Below, piece after piece: positions 1 to 11,204 of a stretch of DNA of 64,000 nucleotides. Every line of letters begins with the position of its first letter. The first letter of the stretch is position 1. Under the pieces are notes generated by a model. That model was not told the origin of the DNA and did not search any database. It saw nothing but the letters and a program-made list of their open reading frames with translations. Position numbers and translations under genes: made by a program. The DNA is taken from assembly GCA_013265495.1 (NCBI GenBank), contig MU058065.1:8535819-8599818 (forward strand). The letters run 5' to 3'. The DNA comes from Vicugna vicugna. Taxonomy: Eukaryota.

Positions 1-1772
1 AAACCATTGATGAAGGAAATTAAAGAAGACTTTAAAAAATGGAAAGATATTCCATGCTCTTGGATTGGAAGAATCAATATTGTTAAAATGGTCACACTGC
101 CCAAGGCAATCTACAGATTTAATGCAATCCCTATCCAATTACCCAGGACATATTTCACAGAACTAGAACAAATCATAATAAAATTTATATGGAACCATCA
201 AAGACCTAGAATTGCTAAAGCATTACTGAAGAGAAAGAAAGAGGCTGGAGGAATAACTCTCCCAGACTTCAGACAATACTATAGAGCTACAGTCATCAAG
301 ACAGCATGGTATTGGTACCAAAACAGACATATAGACCAATGGAACAGAATAGAGAGCCCAGAAATGAACCCACAAACTTTTGGTCAACTCATCTTCGACA
401 AAGGAGGCAAGAATATACAATGGAATAAAGACAGTCTCTTCAGCAAATGGTGTTGGGAAAACTGGACAGCAGCATGTAAAACAATGAAGCTAGAACACAC
501 CCTTACACCATATACAAAAATCAACTCAAAATGGATTAAAGACTTAAACATAAGACAAGATACAATAAACCTCCTAGAGGAAAACATAGGCAAAACATTA
601 TCTGACATACATTTCAAAAATTTTCTCCTAGAAGAAATAAAAGCAAGAATAAACAAATGGGACCTAATGAAACTTACAAGCTTCTGCAGAGCAAAGGAAA
701 CCAGAAATAAAACAAGAAGAAAACCTACGGAATGGGAGAAAATTTTTGCAAGTGAAACCGACAAAGGCTTGATCTCCAAAATATATAAGCAGCTCATACG
801 ACTCAATAAGAAAAAAATAAACAACCCAATCCAAAAATGGGCAGAAGACCTAAACAAGCAATTCTCCAAGGAAGACATACAAATGATCAAAAAGCACATG
901 AAAAAATGTTCAATATCACTAATTATCAGAGAAATGCAAATCAAAACTACAATGAGGTATCACCTCACACCAGTCAGAATGGCCGTCATTCAAAAATCCA
1001 AAAATGACAAATGCTGGAGAGGCTGTGGAGAAAGGGGAACCCTCCTACACTGCTGGTGGGAATGCAGTTTGGTGCAGCCACTATGGAAAACAGTGTGGAG
1101 ATTCCTCAAAAGACTAGGAATAGACTTACCATATGACCCAGGAATCCCACTCCTGGGCTTGTACCCAGAAGGAAATCTACTTCAGGATGACACCTGCACC
1201 CCAATGTTCATAGCAGCACTATTTACAATAGCCAAAACATGGAAACAACCTAAATGTCCATCAACAGGTGACTGGATAAAGAAGAAGTGGTATATTTATA
1301 CAATGGAATACTACTCAGCCATAAAAACCGACAACATAATGCCATTTGCAGCAACATGGATGCTCCTAGAGAATGTCATTCTAAGTGAAGTAAGCCAGAA
1401 AGAGAAAAAAAAATACCATATGAGATCGCTCATATGTGGAATCTAAAAAACAAAAACAAACAAACAAACAAAAACAAAGCATAAATACAGGACAGAAATA
1501 GACTCATGGACAGAGAATACAGACTTGTGGTTACCGGGGGGATAGAGGGTGGGAAGGGATAGACTGGGATTTCAAAATTGTAGAATAGATAAACAAGATT
1601 ACACTGTATAGCACAGGGAAATATACACAAAATGTTATGATAAATCACAGAGAAAAAAATGTGACAATGAGTGTGTATATGTCCATGAATGACTGAGAAA
1701 TTGTGCTGAACACTGGAATTTGACACAACACTGTAAAAGGATTATGAATCAATAAAAAATGTTAAAAAAAAA
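1..1772 (+). mobile_element. Young LINE-1, 3' part (ORF2 C-terminus, 3' UTR, A tail), sense orientation in a PECR intron; 5' end outside window
   Basis: ORF2 homology to 1446; 3' UTR with G-rich tract near 1535-1570; AATAAA 1751-1756; A tail 1764-1772. Confidence 0.97.
7..1446 (+). CDS. LINE-1 ORF2p, C-terminal 479 aa (partial, frame open from window start)
   Basis: Canonical motifs [39 protein letters not shown], Cys-rich [32 protein letters not shown]; no stops or frameshifts. Confidence 0.95.
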   Translation: MMKEIKEDFKKWKDIPCSWIGRINIVKMVTLPKAIYRFNAIPIQLPRTYFTELEQIIIKFIWNHQRPRIAKALLKRKKEAGGITLPDFRQYYRATVIKTAWYWYQNRHIDQWNRIESPEMNPQTFGQLIFDKGGKNIQWNKDSLFSKWCWENWTAACKTMKLEHTLTPYTKINSKWIKDLNIRQDTINLLEENIGKTLSDIHFKNFLLEEIKARINKWDLMKLTSFCRAKETRNKTRRKPTEWEKIFASETDKGLISKIYKQLIRLNKKKINNPIQKWAEDLNKQFSKEDIQMIKKHMKKCSISLIIREMQIKTTMRYHLTPVRMAVIQKSKNDKCWRGCGERGTLLHCWWECSLVQPLWKTVWRFLKRLGIDLPYDPGIPLLGLYPEGNLLQDDTCTPMFIAALFTIAKTWKQPKCPSTGDWIKKKWYIYTMEYYSAIKTDNIMPFAATWMLLENVILSEVSQKEKKKYHMRSLICGI

Positions 1773-2480
1773 GAAGAATCTAAAGAAGTTATAATAGTGT
1801 CTAGTTAATTTGGTAATTATAAAAATTTTAGTAGTTCATTTTACCTCCATGTTGAGCTCCAAAATTAACTCAGGCATCTTGAAGATTTGTGTCTTTTACC
1901 TAGCAGATAGTTTCAGTTCAATTTAGTATTTTTCACGGTGCCTAGTCTGTTGTCAAAAACGCTGTTACTAGGAGCTGGGCAATGCAAAATTCCTTTTTTG
2001 GGGGGGAAGAGATGAAAAAAGTTTCCTTTACTCTGTAAAAGTTTATTACATAGTTATTTTATGCTAAACACTGTCAAAGGATGGGGTCACCGCTCAATAT
2101 TTGGAACAAAATTCAGCACAAAGCCTCATTTATTGCTGGTCAGGCACAGTCTGAGTAGACTATGGAGCTTTTTCTTTTTCTGGGGGGGAAGTGTGATTTC
2201 AAAGATTTGCAGACTTCCACAGGGCATGGTTACTTGGGTGAGAGGGTTGTTGCTTGGCTGATAGAAAGAGCTTATTGAAGTGGAGTGAGTCTTTTTGACT
2301 GGCTGACTTGTAAAATCAAGGCGCTCTCACTGACTGATTGGCTAAGAGAGAACATGTTCACAGGGCAAGTTGTCATCAATTGAATAAATACAGTAAAGCT
2401 ACTTCTGATCGTTACTTATTACCATGATTCATCTGCCTTTTCCCAGGGATGTGGGAACTCTTAAATTCTTACTTCTATAA

Positions 2481-3532
2481 CAGCTCTGTCCAGTAGAAAT
2501 AATGGTCACATATGTAATTAAAACTTTCTAGTAGCCATATTAAGAAAGGTTTTTAAAAGAGGTGAAATTGGTTTTAATAATATATTTTATTTACCACAGT
2601 ATATTTAAAACATTATCATTTTAACATGTAATCATTATAAAACTTATTAATGAGATACTTTGTATTCTTCTTTCCATATCAAGTCTTCAAAGTCTGGTGT
2701 GTCTTTTTACACTAATGTACCTGAGCAGGACCCTATTGTCATTGGTGACCATATAGTGTCTGTAACTGCTTAACTGTATAATGGTTTAAAGGGGTTTTCT
2801 CATGCTTTTGCTGACCAGGGTTAGGCTGGAGAGAAGGGGGCTTGGGTGGTTTGCCCAGCCCCTTCGTGGTGCTCAGTGCCCTGCTTTTGCCCCCCGGTGC
2901 CCTCCTCTTGACACCAGCAGCTCAGAAACAGCAGCTGGTTGTTACATGCGTCTTGTTCATGACTCACCTCAACCACACATGTCTGCAGCTGTTTTTGGTT
3001 TCCTCATATTTCTGTTGTTCGAAGTGCAGGCCTCAGCCTACTTAAAAGGCTAAAAGCATTTATCAGCCTAGTTTAGATTGCACAGGTTTTTCTCTAGAAC
3101 TCTTTTCCACGGACCCCCTTCCTCTGCATCCTTTGTTCTAGGTACGAGAATAGTAAGAGTCCCAGAGCCTGAGGTGAACTTCATACCCAGCAGAGGGAAG
3201 CTTCGTCTGCAAAAACAGGCACAGCTTGTGATCTCTATGGAAACTAGCTCTGCCCTTTGAACTCTTGAACTTTATAAAACGCCCTGCCTTCTCTCTCCGG
3301 CAGGCTCACAGCTTTTAGAGGCATTAGCCCACTGTGACCGCCTTTGCCTGGCAAAGAAATAAAGCTGCCTTTTCTACTTCATCCAGAACTCTGTCCTTGA
3401 GTCTCAATTTGGTAAGCAGAGTACAGAGGCCGTGTTTCAGCAACACTAATGGTGCATCTCAATTTGGACTAGCCATATGGAAATATTTTGGTAGTGCCAC
3501 ATGGCTAGTGGCTTCCATTTTAGACAGTACAG
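2481..3532. mobile_element. MER33-like hAT-Charlie DNA transposon split by an LTR (halves 2481-2715 and 3446-3532)
   Basis: ctgtccagtagaaat...tttctagtagccatatt...tctggtgtgtctttttacact resumes after the LTR as gcatctcaatttggactagccat...gccacatggctagtggct...gacagtacag. Confidence 0.75.
2716..3445 (+). mobile_element. Solo ERV LTR (ERV1-like) with 4-bp TSD
   Basis: TG...CA ends (tgtacctgag...cagcaaca); TSD ctaa at 2712-2715 and 3446-3449; TATA-like tataaaa near 3273; AATAAA 3358-3363. Confidence 0.85.
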
Positions 3533-3645
3533 TCCTGTACTAGCTGGGGGCACAAGGATGGAGAGAAGGCTGCGCCTGCCCTCCAGGGTCTCAGAGTCTC
3601 GAAGAGGTGTAGCCATGTAAAAAAAGCACACTATGGTGTTCTGTT

Positions 3646-4136
3646 CAGGACCAGGACTGGGGTCAGGCAAACAGGGCACGAACACAACATTTAGGGACTC
3701 GCTCGCTCTCAGGGTTGCACAGGTGGAGGGTCTGCCCCCAGAGCAAGCACCACCTTAACAGTTGCACCCCAAGCACCTCCTTAGCCTCACCCTTGGCCCA
3801 GCCCTGCTTGGCAGCCTGACAAAGTGGCAGATCCGGGGGCCCCCACTTCCAGAGCTTACAATTCAGACAATCTTAAGTGGGGTCTGGCAATCTGGAGTTT
3901 AGTCAGTAAGCATCCCTAGGGATTCTAACACAGGTGTCTCATGTCACCCTTTTGAGAAACTCTGCCAGTGTCAGCAGTCTCATATAAGAGTCCCTTTACA
4001 TCCAGTGAAGTCATCTCTCCCTTCCTCTTTGGTTTTGGGAGTAGATGTTGCTGAAGTCATCAGTTACCTACCTGAATTTTTAGGGGCTGCAGTGGGATTC
4101 TGAAGTCCCTCTGGTAGAAAACTCCTGTGCTCTGAG
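3646..4136 (+). repeat. Copy 1 of a local duplication (MER96-like hAT + MER5A-like + non-repeat flank)
   Basis: Aligns end to end with 18496-18974; a 40-nt block is identical (3705-3744 = 18558-18597). Confidence 0.92.
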
Positions 4137-4406
4137 CTGCTGGGCTTTTGGTCTGAAAAGACCGTGGGCTGAATAAACTAGAATGCCAGTTTATTATTAT
4201 GAAGACAAAATGACTGTTTCAGGGAGAAAACTGTAAAAGGCATGGTGATGTTGAGAACCATGAAAAGTGTGGAAGGAACTGAACTGTCTGAGATGGGAGA
4301 GAGCAAAGACTGGCTTTTGGCCTCTTCCCATCGTGTGGTTGGTTTGACACCATCTAAAGCTCTGCCTCTTGTGCCGCCTTCACCCTAGTCACGTACCTGA
4401 TCTTAA

Positions 4407-4766
<360 letters not shown>

Positions 4767-4818
4767 TAGGTGCTTAAGAGATAATGGATTTTTCCTGTAG
4801 AACATCAAAAATGTACAA

Positions 4819-5004
4819 GGTGGGGAGGATATATCTCAACTGGTAGAGCGTATCTCAACTGGTAGAGCATATGCTTGGCATGCATGGGGGTCCTGGGTTC
4901 AATCCTTAGTACCTCCTCTAAAAATAAATAAATAAATAAACCTAATTACCCCACACACACACACAAAATTAAAAACAAATGAACAAAAGAACAAATATGT
5001 TTTA
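4819..5004 (+). mobile_element. Vic-1-like tRNA-derived SINE with duplicated A-box
   Basis: A-box tatctcaactggtagagc twice; B-box gggttcaatcc; tail aataaataaacctaattacc; TSD aaaaatgtacaa at 4807-4818 and 5005-5016. Confidence 0.9.
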
Positions 5005-6034
5005 AAAAATGTACAAAATAAAATCATATGATTTTTAAAGGCAATATTCCTAGTCACAGAAAAATATCTAAATATCTTTATTATAGCACAAAGCTTTACA
5101 TATTAAAAAAGGTTGGTGTGCATAGGTTGGTGGAATTTTACCTTGAAAAATATCCTCCGTATGGGTGTATATGTACAAGGAAGAGCTAGAAAAGAGGTAA
5201 GAGGGGGACTACTTTTAAGATTTAATTTCTTTTTGTTCCTCCAATAAGTGGCTTGTATATGTGAGCAGAAGAACCAGACCTATTAGGTGGGGAAGAGGGT
5301 ATGGTGGTATTTTACACTATCTTTGGGTTATATAGTAAGTGAAGCCATATGAATTTGCTGTATTCACTCATTTTTGATGTACAAAATAGTACTTTTATAA
5401 GGCCCAACCAAATGTAGGTATAATATACAAATGTGTATGTCTAAAAACCAATCCAGCATCCTAATTTCACAAATGACAGAACAAATCCATGGAAGTTAAA
5501 AGGCAAGAAGCTAATCACTCCCAAAATGTAGAAAAAGACATAAAATTCAAGTGTATTTGAACGCTTGCTAAGGATAGTTGATTAAGTGGCTGCTAGTGAA
5601 TTAAAATGTGGCTGATATAACACATGTGTGCTTAAATTTCATATCAGGACCTACTCTTTCATGTGCTAACAGTCTCATCAAGGCTTCAGACCTCTGCACT
5701 AATCACTGATTAGTTCCAAACTCTAATATTCCTAATTATTTTCCCCTCCTATAAATTTCTTTACTGGTAGTATCAGTGTGGTGATGTGCATAAGCTACTG
5801 TGGTTTTAAGGATCTCATTTGGAAACACAGAAATGCCTACATGGTTGTGCAATATTGTTTTCTGATAGTACTTCAAGTAGCAAGGGTGGAGGAGAATCTT
5901 TCCACTTCCCTCACTGTTACAGTCAGTATTTGTTAAAGTGAGGTGCATCGTTTTTCCTTCATAAAGGGGAAAAAGACTACATGCTGCTTCTCCCGGCCTC
6001 CAGTGAAATGATTTTCTTTTCAATTTTAACACTG

Positions 6035-6137
6035 TTTTGTTTTTGTTTTTGTTTTTTTAATGGAGGTACTGAGGATTGAACCCAGGACCTCGTTCATGCT
6101 AAGCACATGCTCTATCACTGAGCTATACCTACCCCCC
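6035..6137 (-). mobile_element. Vic-1-like SINE
   Basis: T tract then tggaggtactgaggattgaacccaggacctc...actgagctatacc, the reverse complement of the SINE head. Confidence 0.9.
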
Positions 6138-6600
6138 GGTTAGGATGCTTTTAGCAACAACACACATTGGCTTAAAGCCATGAAGGAATTTGTTCTCTTG
6201 AATAACTGAAAAGCAGGTAAGACCTGACTCAGCAGCTCAGTGATCTCATTAAGGGCATTTTTTTTTCTTTGCTCTCGGTTTTTGCTGCTGCAATGTTGGC
6301 TGTATCGTAATCTTAAGATGGACTCTTCTGGTTGCAGGATGGCTGCTGGCCACTCGTGAAGCTATGTGCTTCTTTGTTCACATCCAGCTGGACAGAGACA
6401 GAGGGGAGGGAATGGCTTTGTTTCAGCATTTCTAACCAAATTCTGAGATCCCCTTTGCTTGGGACTGGCTTATGCAAATGTCCATCCTTAACCAATATCT
6501 CCAGCCAGGGGAATGGACTACACTTATGACTTAGATCAGTCAGCTATCTGAGTAGGGTCACTTCCCCAGAACCTCATGGATTTCTAAATGGAAACTGAGG
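6138..6600 (-). mobile_element. Old MaLR LTR (MLT1K/L-like)
   Basis: ggttaggatgctttta...tggcttaa...ataactgaaaag...tgactcagcagctcagtgat resembles the recalled MLT1K/L consensus; boundaries approximate. Confidence 0.5.
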
Positions 6601-6699
6601 CTGTTGGAGAGAGGCAACAGGAGGCTGGGGAGGCAACTTTAAGTGTCTGGTACAAAGTCAGCATATTTTTTAGTACTGTTATTGGAAAGTAATATTGAT

Positions 6700-6875
6700 T
6701 GTGTACATTATGTCAGGCGCTGGCCATAGGGGTCACATTAACTCACAATTTTAACAGATAGATGTTGCTATCCCCTTTAATAGGTGGGAAAATTGAGACT
6801 CAGGAAAAGTAACTGCTTCAAACCCATAGAAGTAAATTCTGCAAAGCTAGTAAGTGGCAGAGGTGGGATTCAAAT
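6700..6875 (-). mobile_element. MIR SINE
   Basis: gaaaattgagactcagg...agctagtaagtggcagaggtgggattcaaa, MIR core. Confidence 0.65.
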
Positions 6876-6977
6876 GGAAGATTTTCTCAAAATCTTTGCC
6901 ATTGGTCCCAGTAATTTTTTTTTCTTGCTGAAAAAAGGGGCGAACCAGGAGAAATAAAAGTGTTGATGGAAATTTAG

Positions 6978-7121
<144 letters not shown>

Positions 7122-7274
7122 GCTGAGGAAACATGGAAGTGTCCTTTGTCCCCAAGTGCCTTAACATCTCAAGAATGCGCTTCTGTACTTCACAGAAGCT
7201 TACGATTTTATGGAAAAATCACTTTCTGCTTTTTTTAATGTTATCAATTACGTCTATGCAAACATTATTCCTGA

Positions 7275-7280
7275 AATAAA
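7275..7280 (+). terminator. PECR: Probable PECR polyadenylation signal
   Basis: First AATAAA after the stop codon, 154 nt downstream, in an AT-rich 3' UTR. Confidence 0.7.
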
Positions 7281-7960
7281 TGCATTTTTAAGTCCCAACC
7301 AATGCCCTTTAGCCTGTGATTAAACAAATTTTTTTAGAATGGAAATTAACATACTTTATGACTATACTTTTCACTTTTAAAAAAGATCTTTGAAAAGTGA
7401 AATAATTTCAAATTAATGATAGAGGTATCATGATCTCCCAGAAGGTTTTAATATTTAATTGTAAAAGTAGGCAGTAAATCTAGATTGTGGCATTATTATA
7501 ATTTTTACAACAGAAATATGGAATAACTCATTTTTGGTGGCAAATACTTTTGGATCAGTAAAGCTTCATGTAATTATTGATGTGTGGTTTGTTTGTTCCT
7601 GAGGTCAAATTTGTATGAACCCTTTAATTAAAAAGAAAAAGTCATAAATAGTAGTATTTGCAATCTTGATATCTGTTTTGATTTCCTGTCCAGAATATTC
7701 CCTTTTCTCCATGTTTCTCCTTTTGTATGCAAAAAATTTTTTTAAATTAATGTTATGCAAATGTATTAGGGTTCAGTATTCTGCATTCAGCTGATCCTTT
7801 CTGGCAGTCATCCTGATTTCTGAAATGTCATTTGCAAATTACATAGGTTCAGTTTTTCTCTTAATTAAACTTCTTAAATTGCCTTATTCCCTCTTGAAGT
7901 GAAGTAGGTATTTGTTTGTCAGTGACACTCAGTTCAAAATATACGATTTCCTAAGCTATG

Positions 7961-8138
7961 GGGTGGGGCCCCTAGAATCTGCTATTTTATCAGCTTCCTG
8001 AGCAAGTGGGGGACGAGGATGAGGCTAATGAGATGTCTGGGGTACAGCGTGTCAGAAGGCGCTTGCTCTCAGGTTTGTACAAGTACAGAGTCAGCCCTGA
8101 GAGTGAGCCCATGCTCACTTAAACGTTGTGCCCGTGCT
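7961..8138 (-). repeat. Third, inverted and more diverged copy of the MER96-like/MER5A-like junction
   Basis: Reverse complement reads gcacgggcacaacgtttaa...cattagcctcatcctcgtcccc...gctgataaaatagcagattctaggggccccaccc, matching about 3675-3846 and 18530-18700. Confidence 0.7.
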
Positions 8139-8870
8139 GTTAATGTGGAAAGGTCAGAAATCTTCTCCTCCCAGACAACATTTTAACAATGGCCTTCTAG
8201 AGGGGATACTATCATGCTCCTAAGAATTACAAGCCATGTTAGAGGGCAGTGTGGCCCCAGCACAGGGTGGTGGGGAAGATGGAAGAAGCAAGGGCTGCCT
8301 TTCAGTTACCTCGTGGTGATGACTGCGGACAACCCCTTATGTCTCCATGGGCTGATATTTGCTTATTTCTATTCAACACATGGAGCCTGCCCTACAAAGC
8401 ACTAAACTTAGCTCCAGCTCCTTATTAGATCTTGCTACACCATCCCGGTACAGCTGATCATTACCTGTGCTATAGAATAACGTCTATCCTCTGTGTGTAT
8501 CGCAATAGCGTCTTGTCAATGATATTCTTCTGCTCCTAAACTTGGTAAATTTCACTTTAGACTGAATATTCCTGAATAGGCTTCATCATTCACTCAGCTC
8601 ATAATCTGGAGCCCCTACTATGTGCTCAGCATTATGGTAGGAGTTGAGCATTTAGAGCTGAAAAAAATATGCACAGAAATTTAAAATCCTCAAATGTTCT
8701 AAGTGCTGCAGAGGATAAGGTAATGGTGCTAAAGGCATCAAACAGGAAAAGAAAGACATCTAGAGAAAAACAAAAGCAGTACTGTAATTACTCATGTTAA
8801 AGAGTTTCTTGACAAGATGACCCTTGTGGATGTTACCTCCCACACGCACTGCTCTTCTTGTTTGTGGCTT

Positions 8871-11204
8871 TGTGTTAGTTCAGGTCCTCGGAGAAGGAGA
8901 TGCCAAGATGGAATAGGACGTGCATGAGACTTCTGGAGACTGTGCTTATAGAGGATAAAGGGCAAGGAGCCCGAGAAGGCATCCATAGCCTTCAGACTGA
9001 TGCAGTCTGATGCCTGTAACAGAGAGAGAAAGAGGCGTGGGCAGGAAGCACCTCGGATTGTAGCCGGGATTGCCGGAGGTGTGTGTTCACAGTCACAGTG
9101 GGGCACGAGGGTACCAGGAGGCGCTCTGTGGATCATCTGGGCTCCACATGTGTTCCTCCCTGTCCTCACTGTTTAAAAGTAGCTCTGATCCCATCTGTTG
9201 GTGGTGGCGACTCCTCTTCTTACCGGCTGGTGCCTGGCCACAGAGGGTCCAAAGTGCCCTGGAGTCAGACAGGTTTGTAGTTCAGTGAGACCTTGCCTTG
9301 TCCCTTGGCAAGAGTTGCCCCTTTGGGACCAGGACGTCCAATGCTGCAGAGCCCAGAATTGCAGGTATAAATTCCCAGTGGATCTTAGGGAGTGATGGTA
9401 AGTAGGGCCACTGCCTCTTCCACTCATTGGATCCCAACATCCCAAAGCCAGTAGGGACATGCATCCTGAAAAATGGTGCACTATCCTTTTAGAAGGTCAA
9501 TGGCACTTCAGCTGTGCCTTGGTTGTTGTAGTCCTCTGGAGGGCTGGCTGCTTCTGGAAGTGTGGGTTGTGATACAATCAACGGTTCCATGACCAGGGAT
9601 TCACTTTGATGGTTGGATGCTGGTGCAGGGGATTCCACGTGGATGGGTCTGGCTTTGTATGAACCCCCAGGTAGCAGTGGTGTCTGAGTCCCTGCAAACA
9701 AGAGAGGCAGACTTTTACCTGGAATGGGGATCTGTCGCTATAAGGAGTGGCACAGATACCACACGGTTACTAGAACAGGGAAAGTTTAAAGGATTATTAA
9801 CTATAACGGAATGGCTAGTAGGAAGTAAAGAGAACTTTCAAGAATAAAGGAATAGCAGACATAAGGAGCAGCTGTTACTAGGGCTGATGTGAAGGAAAGA
9901 GCCCTCTCCCTGCCCCCTCCGCCCAAGGGCTGACCCCCATACCTTGTTGGGAGGTGTGACTGTGGCTCACTGGATGCTGGAGAAGTCACTAAGTGTCCGC
10001 GGTACTCTGCTGGTGGAACGTGATAGCAATCTGCCCTCTGGAACTTGCCTGAAATCCGGCTTGTAGGGTGTTGGGGGAAACTGCACAGGAGGTGTCTCAG
10101 CAGGGCCTCCACTACAAACCGACCTGCAGGAAGTGCCCAGGGAGCTGCCGCTGGTCGCCGTCCTGGTGCACGGCCGCCTGGGTGCTGCGGGGTGGCCGGC
10201 GGTGCAGGACTCAGGAAGCAAAACCCCTTTCCTCCTGCAGCGTCTCTCCATCACCCTGTACTGACAAAGCTGCAGCGCTTGCTGGCAAAGGAAAATCTAT
10301 TTAAAGATCTGGATCCATTGTCACTGAGCAAAGAAGCAATACATGTATAACCTGCCCACCTGTCGACCCGCGGTCAAGCAGCTGTTGTTCTCCTTGGTCA
10401 GGGCTCAGCCTTGGTCTCTGTGTGGACAGACTGGACATTGAGAAGCGGCACTAACTGCAGCGGCCTTGGTTAAGTGGGGTTCCATGCTCTTGGCCCGTTT
10501 GTCGCTTTCCTCCACTCACGAGCCTACTGTGCCAATTCTGGAGTGGCCGGTGATGAAGTCCCAGCAACACCGACCGGCTGCGTCATCATGTCTCCTTGGT
10601 TTTGCTGTGCCTCTGCCATGATGGATGCTTTCTGGGGGACATTAATGTGTGAGACAAAAAGAAACACTTTGTGCCCACTCCCCTGTGTTTACCCATGTGT
10701 CTCTAGCCCAGGCCCCCTGGTCTCCAGTCTTTCAGTCCTTTTCCTTCCAGGTTCTTGGCCAAAGGACCAGGCCTTGGACCACTGTTTGGAAATCTCTATA
10801 CTCTCACCCCGGGCTACGTCTCTTTCCACTGTGGAGACCTCTTGTACCGCCTGCAGATTTTCCCTCTGCACTGTGTTACAGGGCCACCCTGAATGCGGCT
10901 GTCACGAAGCTCTGACAACTGTGAAGGAGAGAGGGAAGGAACGAGGTTTGGGTGGGGAAAATCTGAGACAGACAGTCCAAGGAAGGGTTGCCTAGACCCA
11001 TCAGCTTCCCAAGTCTTTGAGCCAAAGTCACCTATTAGTCTCCCAGGCATGGGTGTGAGTAAACAGTCTGGCTGAGCTCAGTCTGGGTGAGAGCAGCCCA
11101 AGGGCTAATGCACTGGTGGATCCAGCTGTGTGGCAGCTGGGGCTGTCAGTCAGCTCAGTTCCCCACAGCAGGAGATCTAAGCGTGCGTTTCCATGGCTGC
11201 CACG
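8871..11204 (-). mobile_element. Ancient, internally deleted ERVL provirus relic (LTR piece, pol remnants, LTR piece) with a further LTR-like insert near 9740-10350
   Basis: Minus-strand peptides ILGSAALDVLVPKGQLLPRD (about 9295-9365) and FVSHINVPQKASIMAEAQQNQGDM (about 10587-10658) resemble ERVL pol post-integrase and RNase H segments; LTR-like ends tgtgttagttcaggtcctc and ccatggctgccac. Confidence 0.7.

Noticed and set aside
384..944. 186-aa minus-strand ORF
   Set aside because: Antisense shadow of L1 ORF2, a common artefact.
2350..2372. p53-like site GAACATGTTC-aca-GGGCAAGTTG
   Set aside because: 3-bp spacer and an imperfect second half-site; spaced sites are usually weak.
9801..11075. 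Cluster of overlapping 60-173 aa ORFs
   Set aside because: Lie within GC-rich LTR/ERVL relics; no coherent protein.
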